Positions 20,830-31,552 of a DNA stretch of 64,000 nt are shown one piece after another. The notes under the pieces are model-generated. The model searched no databases, was not told where the DNA came from, and saw only the letters and a program-made list of their open reading frames with translations. This DNA comes from Nitrospirota bacterium (GTDB lineage Bacteria; Nitrospirota; UBA9217). Numbering within the stretch: position 1 is the stretch's first letter; the number at the start of each line of letters is the position of its first letter. Location of the stretch: assembly GCA_963845065.1 (NCBI GenBank), contig CAWJQQ010000008.1, positions 128,001 to 192,000 on the forward strand, written 5' to 3'. The position numbers and the translations under genes are program-made.

Positions 20830-22119
20830 CTATGCTTCTCTCTTCATTTCTACGACGCATTCGATGTGATAGGTATAGGGGAACATGTCTACAGGCTGGA
20901 GGCGGTCGAGACGAAAGCCGAAAAGGTGGAAGTATTTCAGGTCTCGGGCAAGCGTCGAGGGATTACACGATACGTAGACGATTTTTTGCGGGACAAAGGC
21001 AAGGACGCGTTCAAGCGTTTTCAGTGTGGCACCGGCTCTAGGTGGGTCAAGAACGATGACATCAACCCTCTTTTTTTGATATAAGAGTGTTTTGAGGCCC
21101 TTCTGTAGGTCGTCTGCAATGAACTCCACATTTATAATTCCATTCAGTTCTGCATTAGCTTTTGCATCTTCTATGGCTGCATAGCCGGACTCGATACCGA
21201 TAACATTCCTAGCCTTCTGAGCGAGAGGCAGGGTAAAGTTGCCGATGCCGCAATAGAGATCGAGGACTGTCTCGTTCCCCTCGAGACCCGCAAAGTCCAT
21301 AACAGTCCTCACCATGTTTTTGTTCTGCTCCCAGTTAACCTGATAGAAATTGCCTTCCGTGGCGGTGTACCTTAATCCATCCAGTTCCAGCGTCAGCCGG
21401 TTATTGCCGATAACGAAGGCCCTCTGGTTATTTGCATATCCCGTTATCCCGATTACTTCCGGCACGGCTTTTTTCAGATTCATGTAAAACGGTTCCAACG
21501 ACGGCAGTGTGCTCAATTTGCTGAATAGCAATATATGTACTTGACCACCGGGGGTCGCGTTAATATGGATTTCCGTCACTAATGGAAGCTGCTGGACGAG
21601 CGACCTGATGGCCTTCAGCGTCTGGTTGATGAGAGGATGGATCAGATATGCGTCATCCACTTCGACGAGGCTGTATGAACCATGGCGGAAAAAACCGATA
21701 CGCTGCGTTCCGTCCACCGTTCGGACATTGAACTGTGTGCGCAGCCGATAGTGGTCAGTACGGGGGGACGAAAGAATGGGTAGAGGATGGATCGGGGTGA
21801 TGCCGCCGATTCGTGAGAGGGTGTCCAGAAGTATGTCCTGCTTATATCCAAGCTGGGCTGTATAGGCTATATGCGGCCACGTGGCGCCGGTACATTGCTT
21901 TTCGCCCCTGCATGGAGGAGTGATGCGGTTTGCCGAAGGAGTAATGACCTCAATGAGGTCGGCTTGCAGAAAACCCTTCCGTTTCTGCTTGAGGGTGACA
22001 AGGGTGCGTTCGCCGGGAAGCACACCGTTCACAAAGACCACCTGGCCTGTGTTGAGCCGAGCAAGACCGCTACCGCCGTGAACAAGTTTTTCCACAACTA
22101 CTTCAACTTGTTCGTTCAT
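20830..22119 (-). CDS. rlmD: 23S rRNA m5U1939 methyltransferase (RlmD/TrmA family)
   Basis: TRAM N-terminus, FYQVN, LDLYCGIG, LDPPRAG, YVSCNP, DMFPYTYHIE. Confidence 0.9.
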   Translation of the reverse strand: MNEQVEVVVEKLVHGGSGLARLNTGQVVFVNGVLPGERTLVTLKQKRKGFLQADLIEVITPSANRITPPCRGEKQCTGATWPHIAYTAQLGYKQDILLDTLSRIGGITPIHPLPILSSPRTDHYRLRTQFNVRTVDGTQRIGFFRHGSYSLVEVDDAYLIHPLINQTLKAIRSLVQQLPLVTEIHINATPGGQVHILLFSKLSTLPSLEPFYMNLKKAVPEVIGITGYANNQRAFVIGNNRLTLELDGLRYTATEGNFYQVNWEQNKNMVRTVMDFAGLEGNETVLDLYCGIGNFTLPLAQKARNVIGIESGYAAIEDAKANAELNGIINVEFIADDLQKGLKTLLYQKKRVDVIVLDPPRAGATLKTLERVLAFVPQKIVYVSCNPSTLARDLKYFHLFGFRLDRLQPVDMFPYTYHIECVVEMKREA

Positions 22120-22469
22120 CCAAGAATCTTCTTTACCGTTTCACGCAGAAGGGTGGTGTCTGCTGATTTTACGACATACGCGTCTGAACACCAGCTCCCA
22201 AAATCCTGCTTGTACTCTTCATAGGCCGTGCAGATGATCACCGGCAGTGTGCTATCCTTTTCTTTCATTTTGCGCAAGGTTTCGATGCCGTCCTGATCGG
22301 GCATACGCATATCAAGAGTGACGAGATCGAACTTTGCTGTATCCATGACTGCGAGCGCCTGAATACCGTCGGCCACAACTGTCACCGCAAAGCCCATATC
22401 TTCTAACTCCTCCTTATAAAGCTCTCGGATATTTTCTTCATCGTCGACAACTAGTATTTTTTTCATCAA
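22116..22469 (-). CDS. Single-domain response regulator
   Basis: ILVVDDE, LDMRMPDQDG, CTA, YVVK receiver motifs. Confidence 0.92.
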   Translation of the reverse strand: MMKKILVVDDEENIRELYKEELEDMGFAVTVVADGIQALAVMDTAKFDLVTLDMRMPDQDGIETLRKMKEKDSTLPVIICTAYEEYKQDFGSWCSDAYVVKSADTTLLRETVKKILG

Positions 22470-22581
22470 AGCCTCCTTGCCTATTATCGCTCAGCTTTAA
22501 AGCTTTTTTTACAGCAGTGTTTTGTCCCTGTCTTTCTCCGACGCAAGAGAGGACAGTACATCCAACGTTGCAACTGTCATC

Positions 22582-24996
22582 TTAATTCCCCACCAATGGT
22601 TGTATATCTTCCACTTTTTTCGTACCCGGTGCAGAGCAAGGGAGCTTGATAGTAAAGATCGCCCCGCCGGTATCCTTGTTCTTAAGTTCGATTTTGCCCT
22701 TGTGGGCCTTGATTATCCTATTTGTGATCGGCAGCCCCAGACCGGTCCCCCGAGGTTTCGTCGTATAGTAGGGATTGAAAATGTTATGCATAGCCTTCGC
22801 TGAGATGCCGGGACCCGTGTCGCCGAACTCTATCGCAACCTCGTTCGTTACTTCGAGAAGAGATGTCCGGATGAAGAGTGTTCCGCCGTTTTCCATGGCC
22901 TCCATAGCATTTTTAAGAATGTTGATCACTGCTTGTTTTATCTGCTGAGTGTCGATCTTGAGCATGGGCAGAAAGGGGGATAATTTTCTATCCACGGCTA
23001 CATGCCGCTGTGCAAGCTCGTCCTCATAGAGCGTAAGGATATCCTGGATTACGTCATTGATATCGGCTTCGCTCAACTGCGGGGAAACCTCTTTGATATA
23101 GGACAAATTGTCGTGGATGATCCCCTCGAGACGCGAGACTTCACTCAAGACGATATCTATGTATTTTTTATCCTCGCTGTGCTGCAATTTTTTCGCTAGT
23201 CTTCGCGTGAATCCTCCAATGGAGACGAGAGGGTTTCTGATCTCGTGGGTGATCTCCGCCATCATGGCGCCGAGAGCAGCCATTTTTTCGGACTGGACCA
23301 GTTGTTCGTGCAAGGCCCGGATATCCTTGTTCATAGTCTCGAGATTGGTGTGGATGATGGCGTTTTCTATGGCGAGCGCCGACTGGGACGAGAACATGCT
23401 GAGAAACCGGATGTCGTCGTCAGTTATCGGCCGCTGATTGAACATATTGTCAACGAGGATCACGCCGATGACGTGGTCCTTCGCAACGAGTGGCACTGTT
23501 GCGAAGCTGTTCACTTTGAGCAGTTCACGGAGATCCTTGGAAACGACTGGATCCCCGGCTGCGTTGGTCACGTTGTAAGGACGTTTATTCAGAACTGTCA
23601 AGGCCAAGACGCCTACAGTTGGATTGAGCGTGACCCTGATGCCCCGGGCAAGCGCATTCAGCGCTGAATCACGATGCTCGAAGAGCTCACCGGTCTGGAT
23701 CCACTCCAGGAGGCTTTTATGTCGGCTGGAAACCTCACACCAAGCTTGGTTCGCTTCTTCCCAGCTGGTGGGACCCACGCCCATCATGCCTTGGAGCGTG
23801 TTGGTGCGTTCATTTGTCAGGAGGAGGATTGCACGGTTAAAGCCTAGGCCGCTGCCGCCCATCGTGGCGGCAGTCAGGATTATCCTGAGCAATCGGTCGA
23901 GGTTGAGCGTTGTGCTCATTGCCGTGTTGATATCGTTCAGGATGGAGAGTTCCTGCGCTCGGGTCCTGGCCTCGATCGCGAGGTCCTCCATGCGCTCGTA
24001 CATGGCAGCGTTCTCGATGGCGATGGATGCGCCGCTAGCAACAGTGGTCAGGAACTGCAGATCGTCGTCGGTGAATATCCGTGTTTCCTGTTGTTTATTA
24101 TAGAGCGTTATGACACCGATTACTTTTTCACGAAACAAGAGCGGCACACTGAGAATGGAGTCTGAAACGTTTTCCACTCCGAAGGCCCCGTCTCGACCGA
24201 CGTCCTGGATAAGTAGCGGTTTTTTCTCACCTGCAACCCGGTCGGCCACTGCATTACCGATCCGGGCGTCCAATTCCCTGACAGCATTGCCGATAACGCT
24301 GTGGAACGCGAAAGTCTTGTGCGAAACGATCTCTGGCAGGTTTCTGAGCCTGATTGCGCAGCTTTGAGCGTGCAAAGATTGGGTCGCGCCCTTGGCGATT
24401 AGCGACAGGATCTGTTCAACGTCCAGCGTGGAGGTAAGCGCCATACCGATTTCGTAGATGGAGGCGAGGTTGGCGAGTCGGTCCTGGAGACCTTGGAAAA
24501 GCTGAGCGTTTTTGATGACACCGCTAAGCTGGTTTGCCGTGGTCGTGAGCAGCGTGATATCCGAAGAGGTGGCCTGCCAGATCGGGGAGGAGAGCACGAA
24601 TATGACGCCGAGACAGCTGTCATCATCCATGATGGGTGCTGCAACAAGGGATTTGAAGTTTTCGATGCCCGACCCAGGGACGTAGGCAAACCTCGGGTCC
24701 GAGTAGGGGTCTTCGAGCGCCAGCGGCACCTTCTGCTGCGCCACCCATCCGGCAATACCCATGCCGAGTGGAAAGCTTAATTTGCCGATACTTTCCTGGT
24801 TGAGCCCAATCGCCGCAACGAGGGTGACTGTTTTTCCTGAGCGATCGATGAGGAATATGGAAGCCCCATCTTTTCCCATGCCGCGCGTTATGGCTTCAAC
24901 TATGCGTCGAAGCTTCTCCGCAAGTCCGCTGGTAGAGTTCGAAATCCGGCTGATTTCGCTGAGGATGATCAGTTCTGTTTTTTCCGTCGTATCCAT
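22582..24996 (-). CDS. Cytoplasmic histidine kinase with three GAF domains
   Basis: Repeated GAF signatures (SLVAAPI, LSVPLL, ATVPLV); HEIRNPL H-box; N, DTGPG, GTGLGL boxes. Confidence 0.9.
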   Translation of the reverse strand: MDTTEKTELIILSEISRISNSTSGLAEKLRRIVEAITRGMGKDGASIFLIDRSGKTVTLVAAIGLNQESIGKLSFPLGMGIAGWVAQQKVPLALEDPYSDPRFAYVPGSGIENFKSLVAAPIMDDDSCLGVIFVLSSPIWQATSSDITLLTTTANQLSGVIKNAQLFQGLQDRLANLASIYEIGMALTSTLDVEQILSLIAKGATQSLHAQSCAIRLRNLPEIVSHKTFAFHSVIGNAVRELDARIGNAVADRVAGEKKPLLIQDVGRDGAFGVENVSDSILSVPLLFREKVIGVITLYNKQQETRIFTDDDLQFLTTVASGASIAIENAAMYERMEDLAIEARTRAQELSILNDINTAMSTTLNLDRLLRIILTAATMGGSGLGFNRAILLLTNERTNTLQGMMGVGPTSWEEANQAWCEVSSRHKSLLEWIQTGELFEHRDSALNALARGIRVTLNPTVGVLALTVLNKRPYNVTNAAGDPVVSKDLRELLKVNSFATVPLVAKDHVIGVILVDNMFNQRPITDDDIRFLSMFSSQSALAIENAIIHTNLETMNKDIRALHEQLVQSEKMAALGAMMAEITHEIRNPLVSIGGFTRRLAKKLQHSEDKKYIDIVLSEVSRLEGIIHDNLSYIKEVSPQLSEADINDVIQDILTLYEDELAQRHVAVDRKLSPFLPMLKIDTQQIKQAVINILKNAMEAMENGGTLFIRTSLLEVTNEVAIEFGDTGPGISAKAMHNIFNPYYTTKPRGTGLGLPITNRIIKAHKGKIELKNKDTGGAIFTIKLPCSAPGTKKVEDIQPLVGN

Positions 24997-25083
24997 AGCT
25001 GAATTGCAGGGGACGGTAGTCAGGGGCCAGGAGCCAGTAAAAAAAATCAACAAGGGCTTTTACGCAGGTCTGGACCGTTGATC

Positions 25084-26535
25084 CTATACCCTATCTATCT
25101 TCAACGTCTTCTGGTACAGCTTTACATATTCTTTTGCCGAATGCTCCCAAGAGAAATCCTCATGCATGCCTGCCTGCATGAGGCGATGCCACTTAGCTTT
25201 ATTGCTGAAAACGTTTAGAGCGCGACGAATGCATTTGAGCAGTGCAGGTGCTGAATATTCGTTGAACAAAAAACCGGTACCGCGGCCCGTCCGTGCATTG
25301 CAATCTACCACGGTGTCCGAGAGCCCACCAGTTCTGCGGACGATCGGTACGGTCCCGTAACGCAGAGCGATCATTTGGCCGAGACCGCAGGGTTCATACC
25401 GTGACGGCATAAGAAACATATCGCTTCCCGAATATATGTTTTTTGCAAGCTCCTCATCATATTGGAGGAATACCCGCATCGCATTTCCGTTGCGGCTTGC
25501 AACATTGGCCAGAAGATGGTGATACGCAGCATCGCCAGAGCCCAGAATAATCAGCTGCACCCCGAGCGCCATGATATCCGGCAAGGCATCAGTCAGGATG
25601 TCCATCCCTTTTTGGTCAACGAGCCGCGTCACCATTCCTATGATCGGGTCTCCCCTGTCAGGCAGATTGACGAGTTCAAGAAGCTTTTTTTTACACCATG
25701 CCTTGCCTGACAGGCTGGAAGCACCATACCTATGGGGGATGACGTGATCATGCCGCGGGTCATAGGTCTTATAATCGATACCGTTTACAATCCCATAAAG
25801 ATCAGCCGAGCGTCTTTTGAGTACGCCCTCGAGTCCGCAACCGTACTCCGGCGTCTGAATTTCCCGGCTGTAGGTCTTGCTTACCGTGGTAATAATATCT
25901 GCCGAAACAAGGCCAGCCTTGAGCAAGTTCATCTTACCCCAGAACTCGATTCCTTCAGGCGTGAATACATTCCAGTCAAGGCCCGTTAGACGCATGTCCC
26001 AATGCCAGAATAGACCCTGATATCCGAGATTGTGCACCGTGAAGACGGTTCTTGTTTTGCGCAGCGTCTCCGTGCTGCCATAGAGTTTTTTCAGGTAAAG
26101 AGGCACGAGACCGGTCTGCCAGTCGTTACAGTGAATAATGTCAGGTTTAAGCCGCAATGCATCGCACAGTTCTGGTACCGCCCGTGAGAAAAAAATGAAG
26201 CGTTCGGCATTATCACTATAATCGCCATGCGTCGTGCCGTACAACTCTGGCCGGTCGTAAAAAACGTCCTTATTGATGAAAAACACAGTAACGTCTTTGC
26301 CCATAGATCCTTTGAGCACATCGCACCGCTCTTTCCACGTTCCAAGAGGGACCGTAAAAGATGTGACCTGCTTTAGCTTGAGTGCATGAATGTCAACCTG
26401 CCGGTAACGGGGCATGACGACGTTCACCTCATGGCCAAGCGAAGCGATGGCAGGCGGCAGGCTCCCCGCGACGTCTGCAAGGCCGCCTGTTTTGGCAAAA
26501 GGGGCTGCCTCAGACGTTGCAAAAAGAATTCTCAT
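25084..26535 (-). CDS. glgA: Glycogen synthase
   Basis: KTGGLADV, HCNDWQT, TVHNLGYQG, RLVDQKG, PSRYEPCGL. Confidence 0.96.
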   Translation of the reverse strand: MRILFATSEAAPFAKTGGLADVAGSLPPAIASLGHEVNVVMPRYRQVDIHALKLKQVTSFTVPLGTWKERCDVLKGSMGKDVTVFFINKDVFYDRPELYGTTHGDYSDNAERFIFFSRAVPELCDALRLKPDIIHCNDWQTGLVPLYLKKLYGSTETLRKTRTVFTVHNLGYQGLFWHWDMRLTGLDWNVFTPEGIEFWGKMNLLKAGLVSADIITTVSKTYSREIQTPEYGCGLEGVLKRRSADLYGIVNGIDYKTYDPRHDHVIPHRYGASSLSGKAWCKKKLLELVNLPDRGDPIIGMVTRLVDQKGMDILTDALPDIMALGVQLIILGSGDAAYHHLLANVASRNGNAMRVFLQYDEELAKNIYSGSDMFLMPSRYEPCGLGQMIALRYGTVPIVRRTGGLSDTVVDCNARTGRGTGFLFNEYSAPALLKCIRRALNVFSNKAKWHRLMQAGMHEDFSWEHSAKEYVKLYQKTLKIDRV

Positions 26536-26722
26536 AGATTTATGATTATGATATTGCAAAACTGCATAGATCACATAGATTCAGATGGCACTGAGAAAAT
26601 ACAAAAATCAGAATACTAGAATACTATAGAGCAATAAGTAAATCGAAACACCGTAACCAGTCTTTTAATACATTCTCTCAATGTCTGTGTGCCACTGTGG
26701 TGGCTCTTACTGTCAAACTGTT

Positions 26723-27718
26723 TTACAATTTAATTTCTCGTAGAAATTTTGCCGCATCCTCAGGCGGCGTGGGATTGATGTAGAATCCAGATCCCCATTC
26801 AAAGCCTGCAACGTTCGTGAGCTTGGGCATGAGTTCAATATGCCAATGGTAGTAATCGTTCCGCTCGTCGCGGAAGGGCGACGTATGGATTATATAGTTG
26901 TAGGGCGGGTTCGACAACGCCCGATCTAGCCGCTGCAGAACGTTTTGAAGAAGTCCGGCGAGGTCATGAAAATCGTCATTTGTCGAGCACGAAAAGCATG
27001 AAAGGTGCTGTTTGGGCATGATCCATGTTTCGAAGGGGAAGCGAGGGGCATAAGGGGCCAGGGCGATGAATAACGGTGTTTCGAGTACAATGCGCGTTTT
27101 GGCTTGAATCTCTTGTCGGATGATATCGCAAAAGATACAGCGTTCCTTAAGGCCGAAGTGTCTCCTGCTGCCATCGATCTCTTCCTGAACCTGGATCGGA
27201 ACGATCGGCAGGGCTATGAGCTGAGAGTGAGTGTGCTCAAGTGTCGCGCCGGCGGTGATGCCCTCGTTTTTGAAGATGAGCGTATACTGGAACCGTTTGT
27301 CTTTTTTCAGGTCTTCTATACGGTCGCGGTATGCCCAGAGCACTTCTTCCATTGCTTTTTGGGGAATGGTTGCGAGCGTCGCAGTATGCTCCGGACTCTC
27401 GATTATGACCTCGTGAGCGCCGATTCCATTCATCTTGTCGAAAATCCCCTCACCCTGTTTGTACAGGCTGCCTTCGATCTGGAGGGCCGGAAATTTGTTC
27501 GGCACGGTTCTAAGCCGCCATCCCGGTCCGTTGGGTTGCCCGTTATCCCGGTATGCAAGGATCTCGTTCGGCGTGGTTCGTTCATTACCTGCACAGAAGG
27601 GGCAGAAGCCAGTGCGCTTCTTGTCACGCTGATCATGAAATTCGCTGGGTCGTTTGCCCCGCTCCGACGAGATTATGACCCATCGGCCTGTGATGGGGTC
27701 TTTTCGCAGTTCAGGCAT
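26723..27718 (-). CDS. galT: Galactose-1-phosphate uridylyltransferase-like (HIT family)
   Basis: ELRKDPITGRW, CPFC, NKFPAL, GATLEHTHSQ, YHWHIE. Confidence 0.9.
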   Translation of the reverse strand: MPELRKDPITGRWVIISSERGKRPSEFHDQRDKKRTGFCPFCAGNERTTPNEILAYRDNGQPNGPGWRLRTVPNKFPALQIEGSLYKQGEGIFDKMNGIGAHEVIIESPEHTATLATIPQKAMEEVLWAYRDRIEDLKKDKRFQYTLIFKNEGITAGATLEHTHSQLIALPIVPIQVQEEIDGSRRHFGLKERCIFCDIIRQEIQAKTRIVLETPLFIALAPYAPRFPFETWIMPKQHLSCFSCSTNDDFHDLAGLLQNVLQRLDRALSNPPYNYIIHTSPFRDERNDYYHWHIELMPKLTNVAGFEWGSGFYINPTPPEDAAKFLREIKL

Positions 27719-27824
27719 ATACACTCCTTAAGTCCGCAATCGTTTTATTCCAGCGGATTTTATTATTATATCCGCCTCCTTCCCTGTTGTCAAAAGAACT
27801 CTTTGTATGCTATGATAAATGACC

Positions 27825-28292
27825 ATGGCGCACACGCTTGACAAACTTTCCCTGTCCCTCGATAAGCTCCTTAAGAACCGCGGTTTTCAAGGCCGTCTCC
27901 ATGAGTACCGCATATTCGGGCAATGGGAGCGATGTGTGGGCGCAATGATCGCTCGACATGCGCAGCCCCAGTCAGTCCGCGCAAGCAGGCTTTTGCTCAT
28001 CGTTGACAGCCCCGCATGGATGCAGCAGCTTACCCTGCTCAAACCTGAAATCATCGAAAAGTTGAACAAGAGCCTGGGTAAAACAGCGATCAAAGACATC
28101 ACTCTGAAGCTTGGCGAGATTCCATCTGACCATGAACACATACCGGAGGAGCCCACAGCGACTCCGCTCGGCCCCGCTGAGCGGGCGACCATTGAGCAAT
28201 GCGTCGCCAAGATAGCCGATGTTGCCACACGGGATGCCATCCGACGGGTCATTGAAAAAGATTTTTTATGCAGGAAGAAAATAAAAAAGTAA
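27825..28292 (+). CDS. DUF721/DciA-like protein
   Basis: W..CVG..IARHAQP..L.L.VDSPAWMQQL..LKPEIIEKLN pattern. Confidence 0.75.
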   Translation: MAHTLDKLSLSLDKLLKNRGFQGRLHEYRIFGQWERCVGAMIARHAQPQSVRASRLLLIVDSPAWMQQLTLLKPEIIEKLNKSLGKTAIKDITLKLGEIPSDHEHIPEEPTATPLGPAERATIEQCVAKIADVATRDAIRRVIEKDFLCRKKIKK

Positions 28293-28306
28293 AACTCTAT
28301 GCAGGA

Positions 28307-28840
28307 TCAGCATTGAACTTGTTTTTTCGGATAAACAACCTTCAGGTGCCGGATCTCTGCCCAGGGAGTAATCTGTTGTTCTTTCACTGAGCCCTTGCCC
28401 ATGATATCCATGACAGAAATCCCGCGAACGAGCAGCGCGTCACCGATAAGCGAGCGGTGGCACCGCCAGGGCACTGCTTCGGCGCACATGATTACCGTCA
28501 TTTGCATTCTTGCAATGTCGATCAGCTGCAACAAACTCTCCTCGAATTCTTCAGTTTGCATGTAATCCGCGAACCCCCGGAAGGCCGCATTTCCCCATCC
28601 TTGATTCACCGAATCTTTCTTTGTTTTGCGGAGTCCTCCCAGTCCCGGCAGTCGGAAGTAATCGATGCTGTTATCATTCAAACTCCTCTCAAGAGAGTCA
28701 CTGTTAAATTGCGGGTTATGGCTCGACTTGGGAATGGTCCGGATGTCAACGAGAAGCTCTATGCCGTATGTCTTTAGTATCTCGACAAAGTTTTGCCCGG
28801 TGTGCGTCGAATGGCCGATGGTATAGATCGTAAGGGACAT
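28307..28840 (-). CDS. DUF488 family protein
   Basis: IYTIGHS, LVDIRTIP, LGGLR, MCAEAVPWRCHRSLI. Confidence 0.88.
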   Translation of the reverse strand: MSLTIYTIGHSTHTGQNFVEILKTYGIELLVDIRTIPKSSHNPQFNSDSLERSLNDNSIDYFRLPGLGGLRKTKKDSVNQGWGNAAFRGFADYMQTEEFEESLLQLIDIARMQMTVIMCAEAVPWRCHRSLIGDALLVRGISVMDIMGKGSVKEQQITPWAEIRHLKVVYPKKQVQC

Positions 28841-28883
28841 AAACGAATTCCATCGATGCAGAAGAATGCTGGACATTGAAACC

Positions 28884-29462
28884 TTAAATGTCTGGTCTGC
28901 GTCTGTTGATGATCGATAAAAATTCTTCCCGGGTCGCGGGGTTTGTACGGAAGACTCCCAGGACCGACGAAGTTACGAACAAGGAGTTCTGTTTTTCTAC
29001 GCCGCGCATCATCATGCAGAGATGGCGCGCCTCGATCATCACACCGACGCCATCAGCATTGATCGAGTCCTTGATCACGTATGCGATTTGTTCCGTGAGC
29101 CGTTCCTGGATCTGGAGCCTTCGAGAGTACATATCCACGAGGCGCGCGAGCTTACTGATGCCGAATACCCGCCCTCGGGGAATGTATCCAATGTGGCAGC
29201 GGCCGTAGAATGGTAGCAAGTGGTGTTCGCAGAGGCTGTATACCTCGATGTCCTTCACCACGACCATGCTGGTTGTTTCCTGGTCGAAACAGGCCTGGTT
29301 GATCATTTGCTGGACATCGGCTTTATACCCCGACGTCAGATAGGCGAGAGATGCGGCGACGCGTTTCGGCGTATTGACGAGACCATCGCGCTCCGGATCC
29401 TCGCCTAGCTCGACAAGCAGTTCTTTGACAAGTCTTTGAATCTTCTCATTACTATCAGTCAT
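28884..29462 (-). CDS. folE: GTP cyclohydrolase I
   Basis: [40 protein letters not shown]. Confidence 0.96.
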   Translation of the reverse strand: MTDSNEKIQRLVKELLVELGEDPERDGLVNTPKRVAASLAYLTSGYKADVQQMINQACFDQETTSMVVVKDIEVYSLCEHHLLPFYGRCHIGYIPRGRVFGISKLARLVDMYSRRLQIQERLTEQIAYVIKDSINADGVGVMIEARHLCMMMRGVEKQNSLFVTSSVLGVFRTNPATREEFLSIINRRRPDI

Positions 29463-29973
29463 GGAGGATTTCCTTTCGAATCAGGTCTGTGTATGAATTG
29501 AGCGGCTGCATTCCATTGCAAGGCAGTGTTGCCGCAGCTTCATCAACGCTCGCGTTCGATCCCGGCAGAATGAATCCCGGAGCGATTTCATGGAGTGTGA
29601 TTGCAAGAAATGGCAGTCGGACGATGTCCGGGTCGGGAAGCACATGTCCATCGATCGTCATCGTGAGATCATCATAGACAATAAGGTCGAGGTCGATTGT
29701 ACGTGGCGCAAATTTGTCATCAGTTCGCTTCCGTCCCAGCACATCCTCGATCCGTCGAAGTACTGTGCGTTTCAGCTCGTGGGGCGGCAGTTGCGTTGCA
29801 ATCTCAATTACGCAATTGTAAAAGAATGGCTGGAACGTCGGACCGACAGGCGCCGTGAGATAAACCGTGGAAATCGCCTGGATAGACACCTGTTTCTTTA
29901 GCTGGCACAGAGCTTCTTTCACGTTTTTTCCAGGGTCGATGTTCGATCCGATGCTTATGAAGGCACGTGACAT
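29455..29973 (-). CDS. folK: 6-hydroxymethyl-7,8-dihydropterin pyrophosphokinase
   Basis: [15 protein letters not shown]. Confidence 0.88.
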   Translation of the reverse strand: MSRAFISIGSNIDPGKNVKEALCQLKKQVSIQAISTVYLTAPVGPTFQPFFYNCVIEIATQLPPHELKRTVLRRIEDVLGRKRTDDKFAPRTIDLDLIVYDDLTMTIDGHVLPDPDIVRLPFLAITLHEIAPGFILPGSNASVDEAAATLPCNGMQPLNSYTDLIRKEILHD

Positions 29974-29975
29974 GA

Positions 29976-30332
29976 TCAGCCCGGCTGTTTCCTCGTGATT
30001 TCCACACCCACGCTTCTTGCGAAACGGAGCGCTGCGGGTTTCTCAACCCGCACGCGTGCTTCTGTCACCTCGGGATGCGCAAGACAGATGTCTGCCACGG
30101 ACTGGGCCAGGGCTTCCACGAGGTAAAATCGAGAGTTCTCCGCCATGTTCATGATCTGCTTGTTTAGGGCGCGGTAGTCTACTGAATCTTCTATCCGGTC
30201 ACTCTTGCCGGCTTTGCGCAGGTCTACGTCTAGCGTCAGATTAATAAGGACATCCTGTTTCTCCTTGCGCTCGTCGTCACGGACGCCGATGATACACCGT
30301 ATGAGAAGATCACTGATTACGATTCGGTCCAT
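29976..30332 (-). CDS. folB: Dihydroneopterin aldolase / FolX-like epimerase
   Basis: IIGV..DER...Q, SVDY, LVEALA, VEKPAAL..ARSVGV. Confidence 0.85.
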   Translation of the reverse strand: MDRIVISDLLIRCIIGVRDDERKEKQDVLINLTLDVDLRKAGKSDRIEDSVDYRALNKQIMNMAENSRFYLVEALAQSVADICLAHPEVTEARVRVEKPAALRFARSVGVEITRKQPG

Positions 30333-31101
30333 TGCTCTCCTCCCTCAAGTGCCTGCCACCATCAACGTAGATGACCTGACCTGTTACAAAGTCACTTTTT
30401 AGCAGATAGAGTGCCGCATCGGTGATGTCGCCCGGAGCGCCGTGACGTCTGAGCGGGACTGTTTGTGCCAGTGATTCAAGATAGTCCTCGTCTTTCCCCG
30501 ACGGAGGAAGGATGAGTCCAGGCGCAATCGCGTTTACGGCGACAGCAGGAGCGAATTCCACTGCGCACATCGACGTAAGAGCGGCGAGCACCTGCTTACT
30601 CAAGATATATGCAACATGCTCACGGTCGTAGCCCGCGATTTTCGTGTCAAGCAGGTTGATGATCTTGCCGCGGCCTGCAAGCCTCGCGAACTCGCGGCTC
30701 AAAACCAGGGGCACCCACGCGTTCACGTGGAGGTGACTCATCAGATCGCGGAATCCCATATCCATGAGCGTGCCCGACTGAAAGATCGATGCATTATTAA
30801 TAAGGATTTCAAGCGATCCGGCGGTCCGTTGCGCCCGTGCGATGAGAGTCTCGTACTCTTCCGGTTTCTCAAGATCGGCGGTCACGTTCCACGATTTTGC
30901 TCCGCAGCCAACCACTTCATCACAAACCTTCGCAGTTTCCTGCTCAAGGTCCCGGCGGTCGTGAGCCACGATATTCACTCCTTCTTCCGCTAGGGCCATG
31001 GCAAGCGCGCGGCCGATACGCCTGCTTGCTCCCGTGATCAGGGCGACCTTGCCCTTTAAGCCATCTGCCATGCCGATTCGTGCTGTGGTATGACTCGTCA
31101 T
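30310..31101 (-). CDS. Pteridine reductase-type SDR (FolM/PTR1-like)
   Basis: TGASRRIG (Arg typical of pteridine reductases), NNAS, YILSK, VNAIAPG; start may be 31071. Confidence 0.8.
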   Translation of the reverse strand: MTSHTTARIGMADGLKGKVALITGASRRIGRALAMALAEEGVNIVAHDRRDLEQETAKVCDEVVGCGAKSWNVTADLEKPEEYETLIARAQRTAGSLEILINNASIFQSGTLMDMGFRDLMSHLHVNAWVPLVLSREFARLAGRGKIINLLDTKIAGYDREHVAYILSKQVLAALTSMCAVEFAPAVAVNAIAPGLILPPSGKDEDYLESLAQTVPLRRHGAPGDITDAALYLLKSDFVTGQVIYVDGGRHLREESNGPNRNQ

Positions 31102-31445
31102 GCCGCTTTCTCATGTCGTAGGCGGTCCGCCAACTCATCGATTTTCGCTGCCACGATAAAATCGTTCAGTGACAGTCCGCCGATTTTATGTGTCGATACT
31201 GTCATGCGGACTTTGTTGTAGGAAATAAAAATATCGGGATGATGGTCCTGCTCATTCGCTATGGCCGCCACAGCATTGACGAACTTCATGGCCTCGCGAA
31301 AGTCCTTGAACCGGAAATCTCGCGCTATCTCCTTTTCGCCGAGCGACCAGGCCGGCGTTTGCAGCAGCAATTCTTCCACTTCTTTCAAGGATAACGGGGC
31401 GGTCCCCGCCGTCACGGGTTTTGAATTTTGTTCTGAGAGTTTCAT
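31098..31445 (-). CDS. phhB: Pterin-4a-carbinolamine dehydratase
   Basis: F.FKDF..AM.FVN, HHPDI, TH.IGGLSLNDFIVAAKID. Confidence 0.92.
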   Translation of the reverse strand: MKLSEQNSKPVTAGTAPLSLKEVEELLLQTPAWSLGEKEIARDFRFKDFREAMKFVNAVAAIANEQDHHPDIFISYNKVRMTVSTHKIGGLSLNDFIVAAKIDELADRLRHEKAA

Positions 31446-31552
31446 AGTTGCCTCCATGAGTGTTTTCTGCAAAGGACGCAGGGAACGCCAGGGGGAACTT
31501 CCCGATATGTAAAGCATGCCTCGGCGGCCGCTGCGATTTCTGTCGTGTATTT

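Noticed and set aside
11992..25040. Short heptamer-like intergenic repeats (gggcaga, gggtcag, ggccagg) near 11995, 14840 and 25020
   Set aside because: Only 2-3 degenerate units each; not distinguishable from low-complexity filler.
27104..27841. 245-aa plus-strand ORF
   Set aside because: Antisense to galT, no motifs.
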